Source of the DNA: an uncultured Clostridia bacterium | GTDB lineage: Bacteria; Bacillota; Clostridia; Christensenellales; UBA3700 | DNA length: 64,000 bases | Direction of reading: 5' to 3' | Assembly (NCBI GenBank): GCA_944381275.1 | Contig: CALWKO010000004.1 | Span: 5,100-69,099 of the forward strand | Shown here: piece after piece, positions 26,801 through 34,704 of the stretch | Layout: each line of letters starts with the position of its first letter | How positions within the stretch are numbered: position 1 is the first letter of the stretch | Made by a program: the position numbers and the translations under genes | The notes under the pieces: generated by a model | What the model was told of the DNA's origin: nothing | The model's input: the letters and a program-made list of their open reading frames with translations, nothing else | Databases searched by the model: none

Positions 26801-27773
26801 TTTCCCCGCTCCTGCCGAACCAGGTGGGCAGTATCTCGCCCTCGACAATGCCGTACGATTCGCGGTCGTATTTGAAGGTGACGTAAACTTCCCCCTCGTC
26901 CAAATTGCAAGGCAGGATGTTCGCCGCCACGGAGAACAGTTCATCGCTGTTTTCCTCGTCTGCGGCGGCATAGAAGTTGGTGCGCAAATCGTCTATCTCC
27001 CCTTTATCCGCATAGATAACGGGGAAGAAGCCCGTGTAATTATTCAAAAGACTCACGTCCTCTACGGCTATATCCGCATCCGCTTGGATATATACGCTTT
27101 CTATGCCCTCCTGGGTGAACAGTCCCGCGCTGACCGCGCTCACCTTCTTGCCGTTGAAGGTTTGCGGAATGACGACGTTTTCGCCCTTGCCCTCGAGCGC
27201 GCTCTTTACCTCGTAACTGTCCGTTGCGCTGTGATAGGTATATGCCAAGGTGCGGTTTTGGTCGCCGAACTGCTGACCGAAGAAGCCGCGGTCGAACAAG
27301 AACGCGGAATACACCGCCGCCGCGCACACAATAACCGCCACGCATATTACGGCAAACACGGCGTTAAAGCCCTTGAGCTTTGCCGCATACAATGAGGTGA
27401 GGATGATGACCGCCGCCGAGACGAGGTGCATGACCATCCAAAGCGCCGTTGCCGCCGTGGTGAGGGCGGAGCCGGAGCCGGAATCTCCGCACACGGTTAT
27501 GCCCAGCACGCTTAAAATTATCGCCGCCAGCGCATAGCCCGCCGCCACTCCCGCGGAATAGCGGAAGCGGAAGTTGGTGAGCGCCGCCAAAATAATGAGC
27601 GCGATGTCGAAGGCGAGCAGCAGGCAGGGCATGATGAAGTAGAGCGGAGCAAAGCCGCCCACGCCCAGCACGGCGACGGCGAATATGTCCGCCGCCGCAG
27701 CCGCCGCTGCCGCCGTGAGGACGGGCCACTTGCGGCTTTTTATCATCTTTTCCGTTAAAGTCGCGCTTTTCAT
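23862..27773 (-). CDS. polytopic membrane-anchored giant surface protein with an LRR_5-like segment and many MBG-type repeats
   Basis: AAGGAGGG RBS is present and an ATGA overlap links it to the upstream gene. The N-terminal ~170 aa contain 5-6 hydrophobic helices. At least 10 repeats of the type ..F.YDG......V......NAG.YT.T..L...NY.I follow. Confidence 0.85.
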   Translation of the reverse strand: MKSATLTEKMIKSRKWPVLTAAAAAAAADIFAVAVLGVGGFAPLYFIMPCLLLAFDIALIILAALTNFRFRYSAGVAAGYALAAIILSVLGITVCGDSGSGSALTTAATALWMVMHLVSAAVIILTSLYAAKLKGFNAVFAVICVAVIVCAAAVYSAFLFDRGFFGQQFGDQNRTLAYTYHSATDSYEVKSALEGKGENVVIPQTFNGKKVSAVSAGLFTQEGIESVYIQADADIAVEDVSLLNNYTGFFPVIYADKGEIDDLRTNFYAAADEENSDELFSVAANILPCNLDEGEVYVTFKYDRESYGIVEGEILPTWFGRSGEIFDISEYEEDFPYMLHSDKNSAADLYWCDVNFGGYIFSGPVNDYGAAMTDMRITEGMSLQASFERVYRVYIGEDNDEVYETALTYKNTELEGQTLEYRYAVPSTADELLESIPAREGLSVESWNYTWYEGGTQLNMRTPFSQLLGSASTSSNEIYVFPQWKVNDSVITITGGTSFTYGDEVVLGADVTAPAEGFGLAYDWQGAAITSAESGQSVDLGLLAPFNSGNYSVTVTASAPEITSLQGETTAAVYVNVAKKTVDFEWTLPSEYTGFSQTAICAPEEGAEVDGNEIQYAMSGAAVRNAGNYTASVYLTSDSGDYYSISAATASVSFTVARAEVSAQWDSTLSFVYNGSAQYPAVTIQGIGEDGALEYTLSGNPVNAGQYTVRATLASGNYILTNPTAQVTITARPITVNWREGVSYSYNGSVQNPAVQSINGEVTGEETSIIRSLSYSIISGGGVNAGEHTVEVTLPEGNYVFSDAQTYTYEISKRTVATTYWDTNSFVYNGREQHPAVTQIPGALNDEDEQMLLGSLVYGGGQVNAGSGYTVTVTLDAENYELNAAYDTYSFSISRRGVTLVWQEECNFIYDGTDKGLSVLRAENLAEGDDMSDLHLYTGVAEGTAVNAGNYTMTARLGSDNVNYMIAGGGSALFIIERRGVTLVWQEERTFTYDGTEKSITVVSAENLASGEELADLNISCLNNSASDAGEYTASAVLGSDNYTITSGASASFTIEKRGVTLVWQEERTFTYDGTRNSIVVESAENLAEGDSLNSLDLTYRVNGGASDAGDYVTTAILGNDNYTITSGESAAFTIAKREVTLVWDGETSFEYSGEAQYPKVESVNNLASADDMDDLDITYGGFGADAGHYTVTANIGSANYTAIGAECEYDITAKTVTVTWRGEEFIESGEPQAPSAEVSDEGAEAFIVYTYYNKEGQALEGMPSAAGEYYVTASSASDNYAVDAGSARKDFTIAAAQEEEQA
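24132..25091 (-). repeat. intragenic tandem repeats (four units of about 234-249 bp) encoding MBG-type domains
   Basis: The units start (K/R)RGVTLVWQEE(R/C)(T/N)F(T/I)YDGT. The DNA string CCTCCTGCCACACGAGCGTTAC recurs near 24586, 24820 and 25066. Confidence 0.85.
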
Positions 27774-29473
27774 TTACGTCCCTCCTTTCCCCCGCTCAGC
27801 GCCTTTCGCCTGCGGCGCGCGGGAGTTATGGGCGCGGGTAGATACCCGTCTTTTTCCAAATCCTTTTTGTCCAAAATATACCTGTCCTGTCCCATAAAGA
27901 ATACCATCATATCTTCGTCTTCAAAGCACATCTTCCTTTTGCCGATATACCTTATGCGCGTTATCGGCGAGAATACGGAAGCATACTTGGAATATCTCTT
28001 TTTGCCCTCTTCTTCGTTTTTGGAGCGGGAAGAACACAGCGGGCAGGCGTTGGTGTTCTCCATGACCGCGGCGGAAAACTTCCTGCCGCAGTAAACGCAC
28101 TCTCTCACCTCTTCTTCCGTCATGGTCATCTTGTCGCGGGCAAAGCTCGTGTTGGGGGTGTAATGCAGTCCGCCCTCGCCGTCCTCGTAGACCATCTCCG
28201 GATAAGGGCAGTCCTTGCACGCCATAACGGGCTTTTCCGCCGTGCCCATGTTCTGCAGCTGTACGGCGCACACGCAGCGGGTGCAACCGCCCTGCACGCG
28301 CGGATTTTTCGCGCAGGTAATGCTCTGCAGGTGCTTGGATATTTCGCTGTACTTCAATATCTTATCCACCTGCTCTTGGGTAAGTCCCAGGTTGTATTCC
28401 GCGGGCTTGATGACTATCTCTTCCCTCACGGGGTTGCCGTACCTGTCGCGATAGCGGCAAACTATCTTGTCGTTGTCGATAAGCGCTCCGCCCGTGCCGC
28501 AGTTTTCGCACATTAGGGTGATGCTGCCGTTTATGCTCACCATGGCGCGCAGCACGCGCTTGTCGCCGCGATACACGAAGTAGGCGTTGCTCGTCCACCT
28601 CACGTGGGATATGCCCAGCACGGATATGTTGCGGCAGTCGAGGCACGCCTCGTCGTGCGAGAGTTTTTCCGCAAGTTCGTTCACCGTCTGCATGTCCCTT
28701 TCGCCGAACATTATGCACTCGTCGAAGGTGCGCTCCGACTTGCCCTTGAGCAGCTGATCGAGCGCGAATATGGCGGCGTCTATCAAGCTCGAGGAGCCGG
28801 ACGAATCCACCCGTGAGGAATTCCCCTCCGGGATGACGGAGTAAAGGCTCTTGTATATCTCCTCCGCCTCTTCCGCGGGGATGGGGACGAGCTTTCCGCC
28901 CGCCGCGCCGCCGCGCATGCGGAAGTAAACGCTGCCCAGCACGGGCACGGAAGCGCCCGTTCCGCCCGAGATCTCCGCCTTTAAGGATATGCCGTATATG
29001 TCGTCCGGCACGCTCTTTTCCCTGGCGCCGGAAATCTGCGCCCCGGGCAGGGAGGAGAAGAACAAGGCGAGCACGCTCTCCAGCACGTTGCGGCAGCGCC
29101 GCTCGTCCTCTTCGTCTATGGCGGAAGCGCTCTGCTTGAATTCGAGCAGGGAGTACTCCTTGTGGTACGCTTTTGCCACGCTCTCGATAAAGCTGAGCCA
29201 TTGAGCGGTGCCGTCGCCCGTCTCCTTCTCGCCGCTGCGCAGTCCCGCAAACCAGCTTGCGCCCGCGGGGGTGAAGCACATGGCGCTGCCCGAGGCGGCG
29301 GAAGACGAGGCTTCTTCCGAGTACTTGAAGACGTGCGTTTGAGTGACTATCTTCCTTTCCTTTTCGTCCACTTCCTTCACGTGTACGTCGGCGTAGGGCA
29401 CGCTGCCTTTAAGCAGTTTACACACGCTCTCGAAGGCGTTTTTATATTCCTTTCCTACCAATATCTCTTTCAT
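27770..29473 (-). CDS. multi-zinc-ribbon protein of unknown function
   Basis: GGAG RBS is present. It has several CxxC pairs (CENCGTGG...C, CTRCVCAV...CKDCPYPE, CVYCGRK...CPLC). No family is recognised. Confidence 0.8.
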   Translation of the reverse strand: MKEILVGKEYKNAFESVCKLLKGSVPYADVHVKEVDEKERKIVTQTHVFKYSEEASSSAASGSAMCFTPAGASWFAGLRSGEKETGDGTAQWLSFIESVAKAYHKEYSLLEFKQSASAIDEEDERRCRNVLESVLALFFSSLPGAQISGAREKSVPDDIYGISLKAEISGGTGASVPVLGSVYFRMRGGAAGGKLVPIPAEEAEEIYKSLYSVIPEGNSSRVDSSGSSSLIDAAIFALDQLLKGKSERTFDECIMFGERDMQTVNELAEKLSHDEACLDCRNISVLGISHVRWTSNAYFVYRGDKRVLRAMVSINGSITLMCENCGTGGALIDNDKIVCRYRDRYGNPVREEIVIKPAEYNLGLTQEQVDKILKYSEISKHLQSITCAKNPRVQGGCTRCVCAVQLQNMGTAEKPVMACKDCPYPEMVYEDGEGGLHYTPNTSFARDKMTMTEEEVRECVYCGRKFSAAVMENTNACPLCSSRSKNEEEGKKRYSKYASVFSPITRIRYIGKRKMCFEDEDMMVFFMGQDRYILDKKDLEKDGYLPAPITPARRRRKALSGGKEGRK

Positions 29474-29477
29474 AAGC

Positions 29478-32306
29478 TCACTCCGTCCTGTCGTTAGCCA
29501 AAACGGCCTTTATATCCGCGACCTTGTCCGCTTCCGCAAGCAGATTGCTGCAAAAAGCCCTGCCGCCGTCGTGCGTGTACTGCCATGCCGCGCGTATGTA
29601 AGTGGCGAAGGTGCGCGCCACGATGGGGCGCAGCACGCCCTCCTTGCACATGGGGCACTTTGCCTCCCACCTTTCGTTGAATTCCAGCACATGCGGCCTG
29701 GGGACGCACTCGGCGTATTCGCAAGTTGAGCACGCCTTTATGGCGTCCTTTCCGCTCACCACATTCCCGCCGCCGTCCTTTCTCCAGAATTTACAGTCGT
29801 CGGGGCATTCGTAACGATTGGCGCACTTGTAGCACAAAAGCGCGAGATCCGCGTCCTCTATATCGGGGGTCTTGCGGTAAGCGCTCAGCGCCTGGCACCA
29901 ATCTTCGCCGTTCTCCTTGCACTGCTTTTTAAAGAAGGAGCAGTGGGACATGGCGCATATCTTGCGGCAGTAAACGCTCCTGTCGCCCCTCTCCCCGCTG
30001 TTGCACATAATGCCCTTATCCGTATTGTTGGCGGCAAGGCACATATAGCCTTCGTCCGTGACCGAGCGGGCGAACACCTTGTCGCAGTCGCTGCACTTGA
30101 AGTCGTAAACGCTTATCTCCTCCATCTTGGTGCCCTTGGGGTCGTCCTGACGGCAGAGCTGAGTTTCGCGGCAGTAAAGCTCGTCCCTCTTCTTTTTAGC
30201 CTCGTAATCTTCCAGCGAGTAAAGCTTCACGCTCCTGCACACGGGGCAGCGCACGGTGACCATGCGCTCGCTGTTGCTGCCCGCGATTATGGTGGCGTCG
30301 CCGCTGCTGCTGTACATCAGCCCTATGCGCAAAAAGTACATGAGCACATAGCCTTCCAGCTTGTTCATCTGCGCGAGCGAGTATATATGCACCTGCTTTT
30401 CCGTTTGACCCAGGCGGAAGATCCTGCCTATCCTCTGGTCCATGGAGAGGGGATCGGGGGTCACCTCGAAGTTGATTATGATGGAAGAAGCCTGCAAGTT
30501 GACGCCCTCGGTGAAGGAAGGGTCCTCTATCACGAGTATGGCGTCCTCTTTTTTATTGAACTTTTCCACCGTCTTGTTCTTGTTCAGCGCGCCGCCTTCC
30601 AGCACTCTGCCGGCAAAGCGTTCGTCCTTGGCAAGCTCTTGGACAAAGCGTTTTGGTTCGGCGGCGGGATCCTTCACGTCGTAGTCGAAGAATACCAAAA
30701 TGCGCTTGCCCGCATGCTTTTGCAAAATCTGCTTGGCAACTTCCGTCTTCTGCGCAAAGCAGTCGTTTTTGCAGTTGTAGGGCACTATGCGGTAGCGCGC
30801 CTCGTCGGGGTCTATCTTCGCCATTTGGCTGCCGTAATAGGTGCCCGAATTGCTCTTTTCGAATATATCTTCCGGCATGCCCACGGCGTTTATTATGTTG
30901 ACGCTCACCATGTCCGCATACGCCTGGGCAAAGCTCTTGCTGCCCCTGTTGTCCTCGATATACTTACTTAAAGACATCACTTCCCCGTCCTGCGCGGTCA
31001 CGGCTTTTTCACCATAGAGGTTGGCGAGGTCCACCTTCACCCTGTCGCCCGCTATGCCGCCCGTTTCTATCACCCCGGGGGCGTTTTTCATGGGGAAGAA
31101 CAGGAAGTTGTGCAGCACCTTGCTCTTGTTTATGGTGTTGGGCTGGCGGATCATTATCGAGCGCAGCACGCCGTTGTGATAGGCGCTTGCAACGCGGTCG
31201 AGCACGTTCTTTTTTATATCCTTGCCGTCTTTTTTATATCCCTTGTCCAAAAAGCTCTGCACGTACAGGAACTTTTCCCCTTCGGTGAGCCCGTTGAAGT
31301 CCTTCACGCCTTCACCCTTAAGGTAGACGGCAAATTCCTCGGGATATTCCTCGCACACCGCCTTTATCTTCACCTTTTTGATGAACTCCATTACGGTGGC
31401 GGCGCCGTAGCAGATGTGGTTTTTATAATACTCCTTTTCCTTGCGGTACTGCTCGGTGCGGTTCATGTCGTCCTTCTCGTCGAAGTCGGAGGGGTTGCCG
31501 CCGCTGCAGCGGATGAAGTACCACAGGCGGAACATGTGCTCCAAATTGCCCGTGTGAGGGGTGGCGGAGAGGAGAAGGCAGTAGGTGGAATCCGCCTGCT
31601 TTTTGGTTTGAATCATGAGCGAAAGCAGCTTCATCGCCCTGGCATACTTGCCCTCTTCCGCGCACAGGTGGTGCGCTTCATCCACCACTATCACGTCGAA
31701 GAGCAGCCTGCTGGTGTCCTCCGGCCAGGAGACGAAGTCCTCTGTTTTGACTATCATGGGGCGCTTGGGGCGCAGGATGTTTTCTCCCACGTGCTCGCAT
31801 TCGATGCTCGATATATCCAAGTTGCCGCCCTCTTCTTCAAGCACGCCCTTGCCCAAACCGAACTGAACTTCCAGCACCTCCTTCCACGTGCCGTAAACTT
31901 GGTCGGGCACGATGAGGAGCATGGAGTGCAGCTTGCCCCTTGCTGCAAGCTCGCTTAACACCACGCACGCTTCGTACGTCTTGCCGCTGCCCACCACGTC
32001 CGCGAGCAGTCCGAAGCCGCGCAAATCCCTTAAAAAGGAGAGCGCAGCCACCTTTTGATGACCCAAGATGACGCTGTCGTTAAAGCCCGTCTTTACGGGT
32101 ATGCCGTACTCGCCGCCCTTTTTGGCGTAGGAGGCGGGATCTATTTTGAAAAAGCCGAAGTCGTCGTATCTGTCCAGCTCTTCCACCGCCTTATTGGTTT
32201 CGTAAACGCCCTTGTTGAACGCCTTCTTATTCGTGGATATGCCCGCCCTTTGCATATCCCCGTCGAATGCCGAGTCCTCTACCTTGATTTTAAAATTCCT
32301 CTTCAT
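29478..32306 (-). CDS. SNF2-family helicase with a Cys-rich C-terminal extension
   Basis: It has LLADVVGSGKTYEA, VIVVDEAHHL, LLLSATPHTG and GVNLQASSIIINFEVTPDPLSMDQRIGRIFRLGQ. The last ~280 aa contain more than 25 Cys. The start is set at ATG 32306, preceded by GAGGTGG. An alternative ATG at 32318 overlaps the upstream stop. Confidence 0.88.
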   Translation of the reverse strand: MKRNFKIKVEDSAFDGDMQRAGISTNKKAFNKGVYETNKAVEELDRYDDFGFFKIDPASYAKKGGEYGIPVKTGFNDSVILGHQKVAALSFLRDLRGFGLLADVVGSGKTYEACVVLSELAARGKLHSMLLIVPDQVYGTWKEVLEVQFGLGKGVLEEEGGNLDISSIECEHVGENILRPKRPMIVKTEDFVSWPEDTSRLLFDVIVVDEAHHLCAEEGKYARAMKLLSLMIQTKKQADSTYCLLLSATPHTGNLEHMFRLWYFIRCSGGNPSDFDEKDDMNRTEQYRKEKEYYKNHICYGAATVMEFIKKVKIKAVCEEYPEEFAVYLKGEGVKDFNGLTEGEKFLYVQSFLDKGYKKDGKDIKKNVLDRVASAYHNGVLRSIMIRQPNTINKSKVLHNFLFFPMKNAPGVIETGGIAGDRVKVDLANLYGEKAVTAQDGEVMSLSKYIEDNRGSKSFAQAYADMVSVNIINAVGMPEDIFEKSNSGTYYGSQMAKIDPDEARYRIVPYNCKNDCFAQKTEVAKQILQKHAGKRILVFFDYDVKDPAAEPKRFVQELAKDERFAGRVLEGGALNKNKTVEKFNKKEDAILVIEDPSFTEGVNLQASSIIINFEVTPDPLSMDQRIGRIFRLGQTEKQVHIYSLAQMNKLEGYVLMYFLRIGLMYSSSGDATIIAGSNSERMVTVRCPVCRSVKLYSLEDYEAKKKRDELYCRETQLCRQDDPKGTKMEEISVYDFKCSDCDKVFARSVTDEGYMCLAANNTDKGIMCNSGERGDRSVYCRKICAMSHCSFFKKQCKENGEDWCQALSAYRKTPDIEDADLALLCYKCANRYECPDDCKFWRKDGGGNVVSGKDAIKACSTCEYAECVPRPHVLEFNERWEAKCPMCKEGVLRPIVARTFATYIRAAWQYTHDGGRAFCSNLLAEADKVADIKAVLANDRTE

Positions 32307-32314
32307 AATCCACC

Positions 32315-34468
32315 TCATTCGCTCATTGCGTCAAATTCTTCCATGCCTTCGAACCTGAGCTCTATTTCGTCGGCGGGGACGACGGTTTCGTTTTTCGTCC
32401 AAATATCCCTGTCTTCGTCGAGCAAGTAATGCACCCTTGCCATTCTTCCGAAATTGTCCACTTTGTTATTTAAGATGATGGGCGTTGCCACGCCGTCGGC
32501 GTCTATCCTAACCCCTTCGCGGTAGTAGATGAAGGTGTTGATAAGGCTCACCCTTATCCCCTTGTGGTAGTAGAATATGCGCGAATCCCTGCCGCCGGAA
32601 ACCACCCTGAGCCCCAAGTACTTTTCCAGATTGGAGCGCCACTTTTTTTCGCTTTCGCTGACCGTCGTGCCCGACTTTTCCACATACACGTATCTTTTGC
32701 CGCCGCCGCCGTAAGTCTGCCCGCGCATTTCCGGATGCGACCGCGCCGTTTCGTATACTTTCTCTCTCCTTACGGTGAGGGAATATATCTCGTCCCCTTC
32801 CGTGCACTTGACTTCGCCCTCCTTCAGCCCCAGCCTGCAGGGGAAGGTGAAGACGTTCAAGCCGTCGCTGCGCAAGACCTGCCCTTTGCCGGCTATCATG
32901 GCGAGCATCTTGTGTCCGTGGAGGACCTGCTCTGCTTCGGTGGGGAATTGAGGATAAGACCAGGAGGCGTAGGTGAGCGAGAGGCACACCTTTATTTGAA
33001 TATCCTCCAGCGCGACTATCGCCGCACCCACGGCGGCGGCGTAGGTGGAATCCTCGTAAGTGCCGATGGAAAACCCGTCCTGCCCGTCCTTTTCTTCGTC
33101 GAAGGTGATTATCTCCGCGTCGGCGTTTGCCTTGTGCACCCGCTGCTTTATGTAATCGAGCAAACCGTACGTTTCGGCAAGTCCGCCCGATATTATCATC
33201 TTCTTCACGTCCTTGTTTATTTCAAGCGCAAGTTCGTTAATGATGTAGGCGGCTATCTCCTTGGCAACCCCGACCTTGCCCGAGCCGAGCCCTATGCATG
33301 CCACGAACGCTTCGCGCGTCAAGCTGCGCTGAATGTGCACGTCCCTGACCAAGTTGACGGGCACTCCGCCGGGGAATATCTCCTTGCTTTGAGGCACGCT
33401 GAGCAATATCTTCGCCTTTTTTATGTTCTTCATAAAGAGGTATTGCTCTTCCCTAAGGCCCCTTTCCACGATGTGCCCTTCCTCGCCGTAGGAGGGGGTG
33501 CCCATCGTTTCCCTGTCCTTTATCTCCTCTTCTATGTGCTCGGCGACCGCCCTGTCCACGTCGTTGCCGCCTATTTCGCAGGGCGCGCTGTGGCCGTCCG
33601 CGCCGTCGATGATCAGTTCGCCCATGCCGTCCACATTGGCGCGCGTGACGGAGATATCCGTTTCGCCCAAATCGAACACGAGCGCGGAATCGTTCCTGCC
33701 TATCATCCCGCGGTGCATGGCGTAAATGCTGAGCGCCTTGGTGGAGCTGAGCGATTTTTCCGGCGCACGGCCGAAGGCTTTCTCGATAAGGCGCTCCAGC
33801 TCCTGCTGATACTCCTTGCACGCGCCGGAGGGATAGATGGCGGCTATCTTTATCTGCCCGGCGAAGGCAAGGGATTCCGTTTTGAATCCGCGCAGCGCGC
33901 CGCGCAAAATCTCATCGCCCTGCCTGCCGTTCTTTATCTCCTCCACGTCCTTTTTTACCTTGGCTTCAAGGGCGGGAATGCGCGCAGTGATCAGCTTTGC
34001 CACGTATTCAAAGAACTTTTCGCACACGCTCTGTGGCGAAATGCCCCCGTCGAAGGTCATCTTCATGCTGACCATCTCGTTGAAGTCGGAGAGCACTTTC
34101 CTGCTCACGGGAAAATAAAACTTGGGGAACATCGTCCCCTCGCGATAAAACTTGGCGTTGCGCGCGCGTATTTCCGTTGCCTGCTTCCTGCCGCCCTTCC
34201 CCGCGGGCACATGGGAGAGCATGCCCAGCAACGTCTTTATCTTGACAACGGTGGTGAAAGAAGAAGATTTTTCCCTGCTCACATCATAGCCGAAGCTCCA
34301 TTTGCCCTCCTGCTCGTCGTAGTAAGCGATGGCGGGTACGGCAACTTCGGTAGGCAGACTTTCTTTGGAGATCTTTCCGTAAAAAACCTTTCCTGCCAAA
34401 TCAAAGGCATACGCCGCCTTTAAGGTGTCGCTGCCCAGATCCAAGCCGATGTTTAAGGTAATACTCAC
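32315..34468 (-). CDS. Hsp70/actin-fold ATPase (DnaK/HscA-like NBD) with a divergent C-terminal domain
   Basis: It uses a GTG start with GGGGG 8 nt upstream. Phosphate-1 is IGLDLGSDT, phosphate-2 is LVFDLGETDISVT, and the adenosine motif is IISGGLAETYGL. No canonical DnaK substrate-binding or EEVD region is evident. Confidence 0.88.
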   Translation of the reverse strand: MSITLNIGLDLGSDTLKAAYAFDLAGKVFYGKISKESLPTEVAVPAIAYYDEQEGKWSFGYDVSREKSSSFTTVVKIKTLLGMLSHVPAGKGGRKQATEIRARNAKFYREGTMFPKFYFPVSRKVLSDFNEMVSMKMTFDGGISPQSVCEKFFEYVAKLITARIPALEAKVKKDVEEIKNGRQGDEILRGALRGFKTESLAFAGQIKIAAIYPSGACKEYQQELERLIEKAFGRAPEKSLSSTKALSIYAMHRGMIGRNDSALVFDLGETDISVTRANVDGMGELIIDGADGHSAPCEIGGNDVDRAVAEHIEEEIKDRETMGTPSYGEEGHIVERGLREEQYLFMKNIKKAKILLSVPQSKEIFPGGVPVNLVRDVHIQRSLTREAFVACIGLGSGKVGVAKEIAAYIINELALEINKDVKKMIISGGLAETYGLLDYIKQRVHKANADAEIITFDEEKDGQDGFSIGTYEDSTYAAAVGAAIVALEDIQIKVCLSLTYASWSYPQFPTEAEQVLHGHKMLAMIAGKGQVLRSDGLNVFTFPCRLGLKEGEVKCTEGDEIYSLTVRREKVYETARSHPEMRGQTYGGGGKRYVYVEKSGTTVSESEKKWRSNLEKYLGLRVVSGGRDSRIFYYHKGIRVSLINTFIYYREGVRIDADGVATPIILNNKVDNFGRMARVHYLLDEDRDIWTKNETVVPADEIELRFEGMEEFDAMSE

Positions 34469-34499
34469 TTTTATTCCCCCTATTATTTATACAATATAC

Positions 34500-34528
34500 A
34501 TTCTATCACACTTCGACAATAAACGCAA
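34500..34528 (-). promoter_or_regulatory. candidate promoter of the 11-gene operon
   Basis: On the minus strand it reads TTGCGT, a 17-nt spacer, then an extended -10 (TGaTAGAAT). It lies about 30 nt upstream of GTG 34468. The -35 is weak. Confidence 0.35.
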
Positions 34529-34607
34529 CAATTTTCTACAAATTAAACTTAATCTAAAAAAGAAGTTGTAATAGTTACAACTTTTTAATACTTGACATAC
34601 GTAGGCA

Positions 34608-34637
34608 AAAAAAGTCCGCAAGACACGCTTGCGGACT
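34608..34637 (-). terminator. intrinsic terminator downstream of carB-dapF
   Basis: A 9-bp stem (GTCCGCAAG/CTTGCGGAC) with a 5-nt loop is followed on the minus strand by T7. It probably insulates the carAB transcript from the operon promoter. Confidence 0.75.
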
Positions 34638-34656
34638 CGATCTTTGCTTTTTTCGG

Positions 34657-34704
34657 CGGGTTACCCGCACACGAGCGCGGCGGGTTACCCGCACACGAGC
34701 GCGA
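34657..34704. repeat. perfect 24-bp tandem duplication in the carB-dapF 3' region
   Basis: GCGGGTTACCCGCACACGAGCGCG occurs twice, back to back. Confidence 0.9.

Noticed and set aside
32564-34423. 619-aa ORF on the plus strand. The same class includes 5441..6958(-), 9215..10690(-), 10823..11737(+), 13210..14184(+), 35073..37061(+), 38937..40016(+), 51451..53058(+) and 58530..59987(+).
   Set aside because: All lie wholly inside, and antisense to, ORFs with recognisable conserved domains. They show the same Arg/His/Gly/Ala-rich antisense composition and no RBS.
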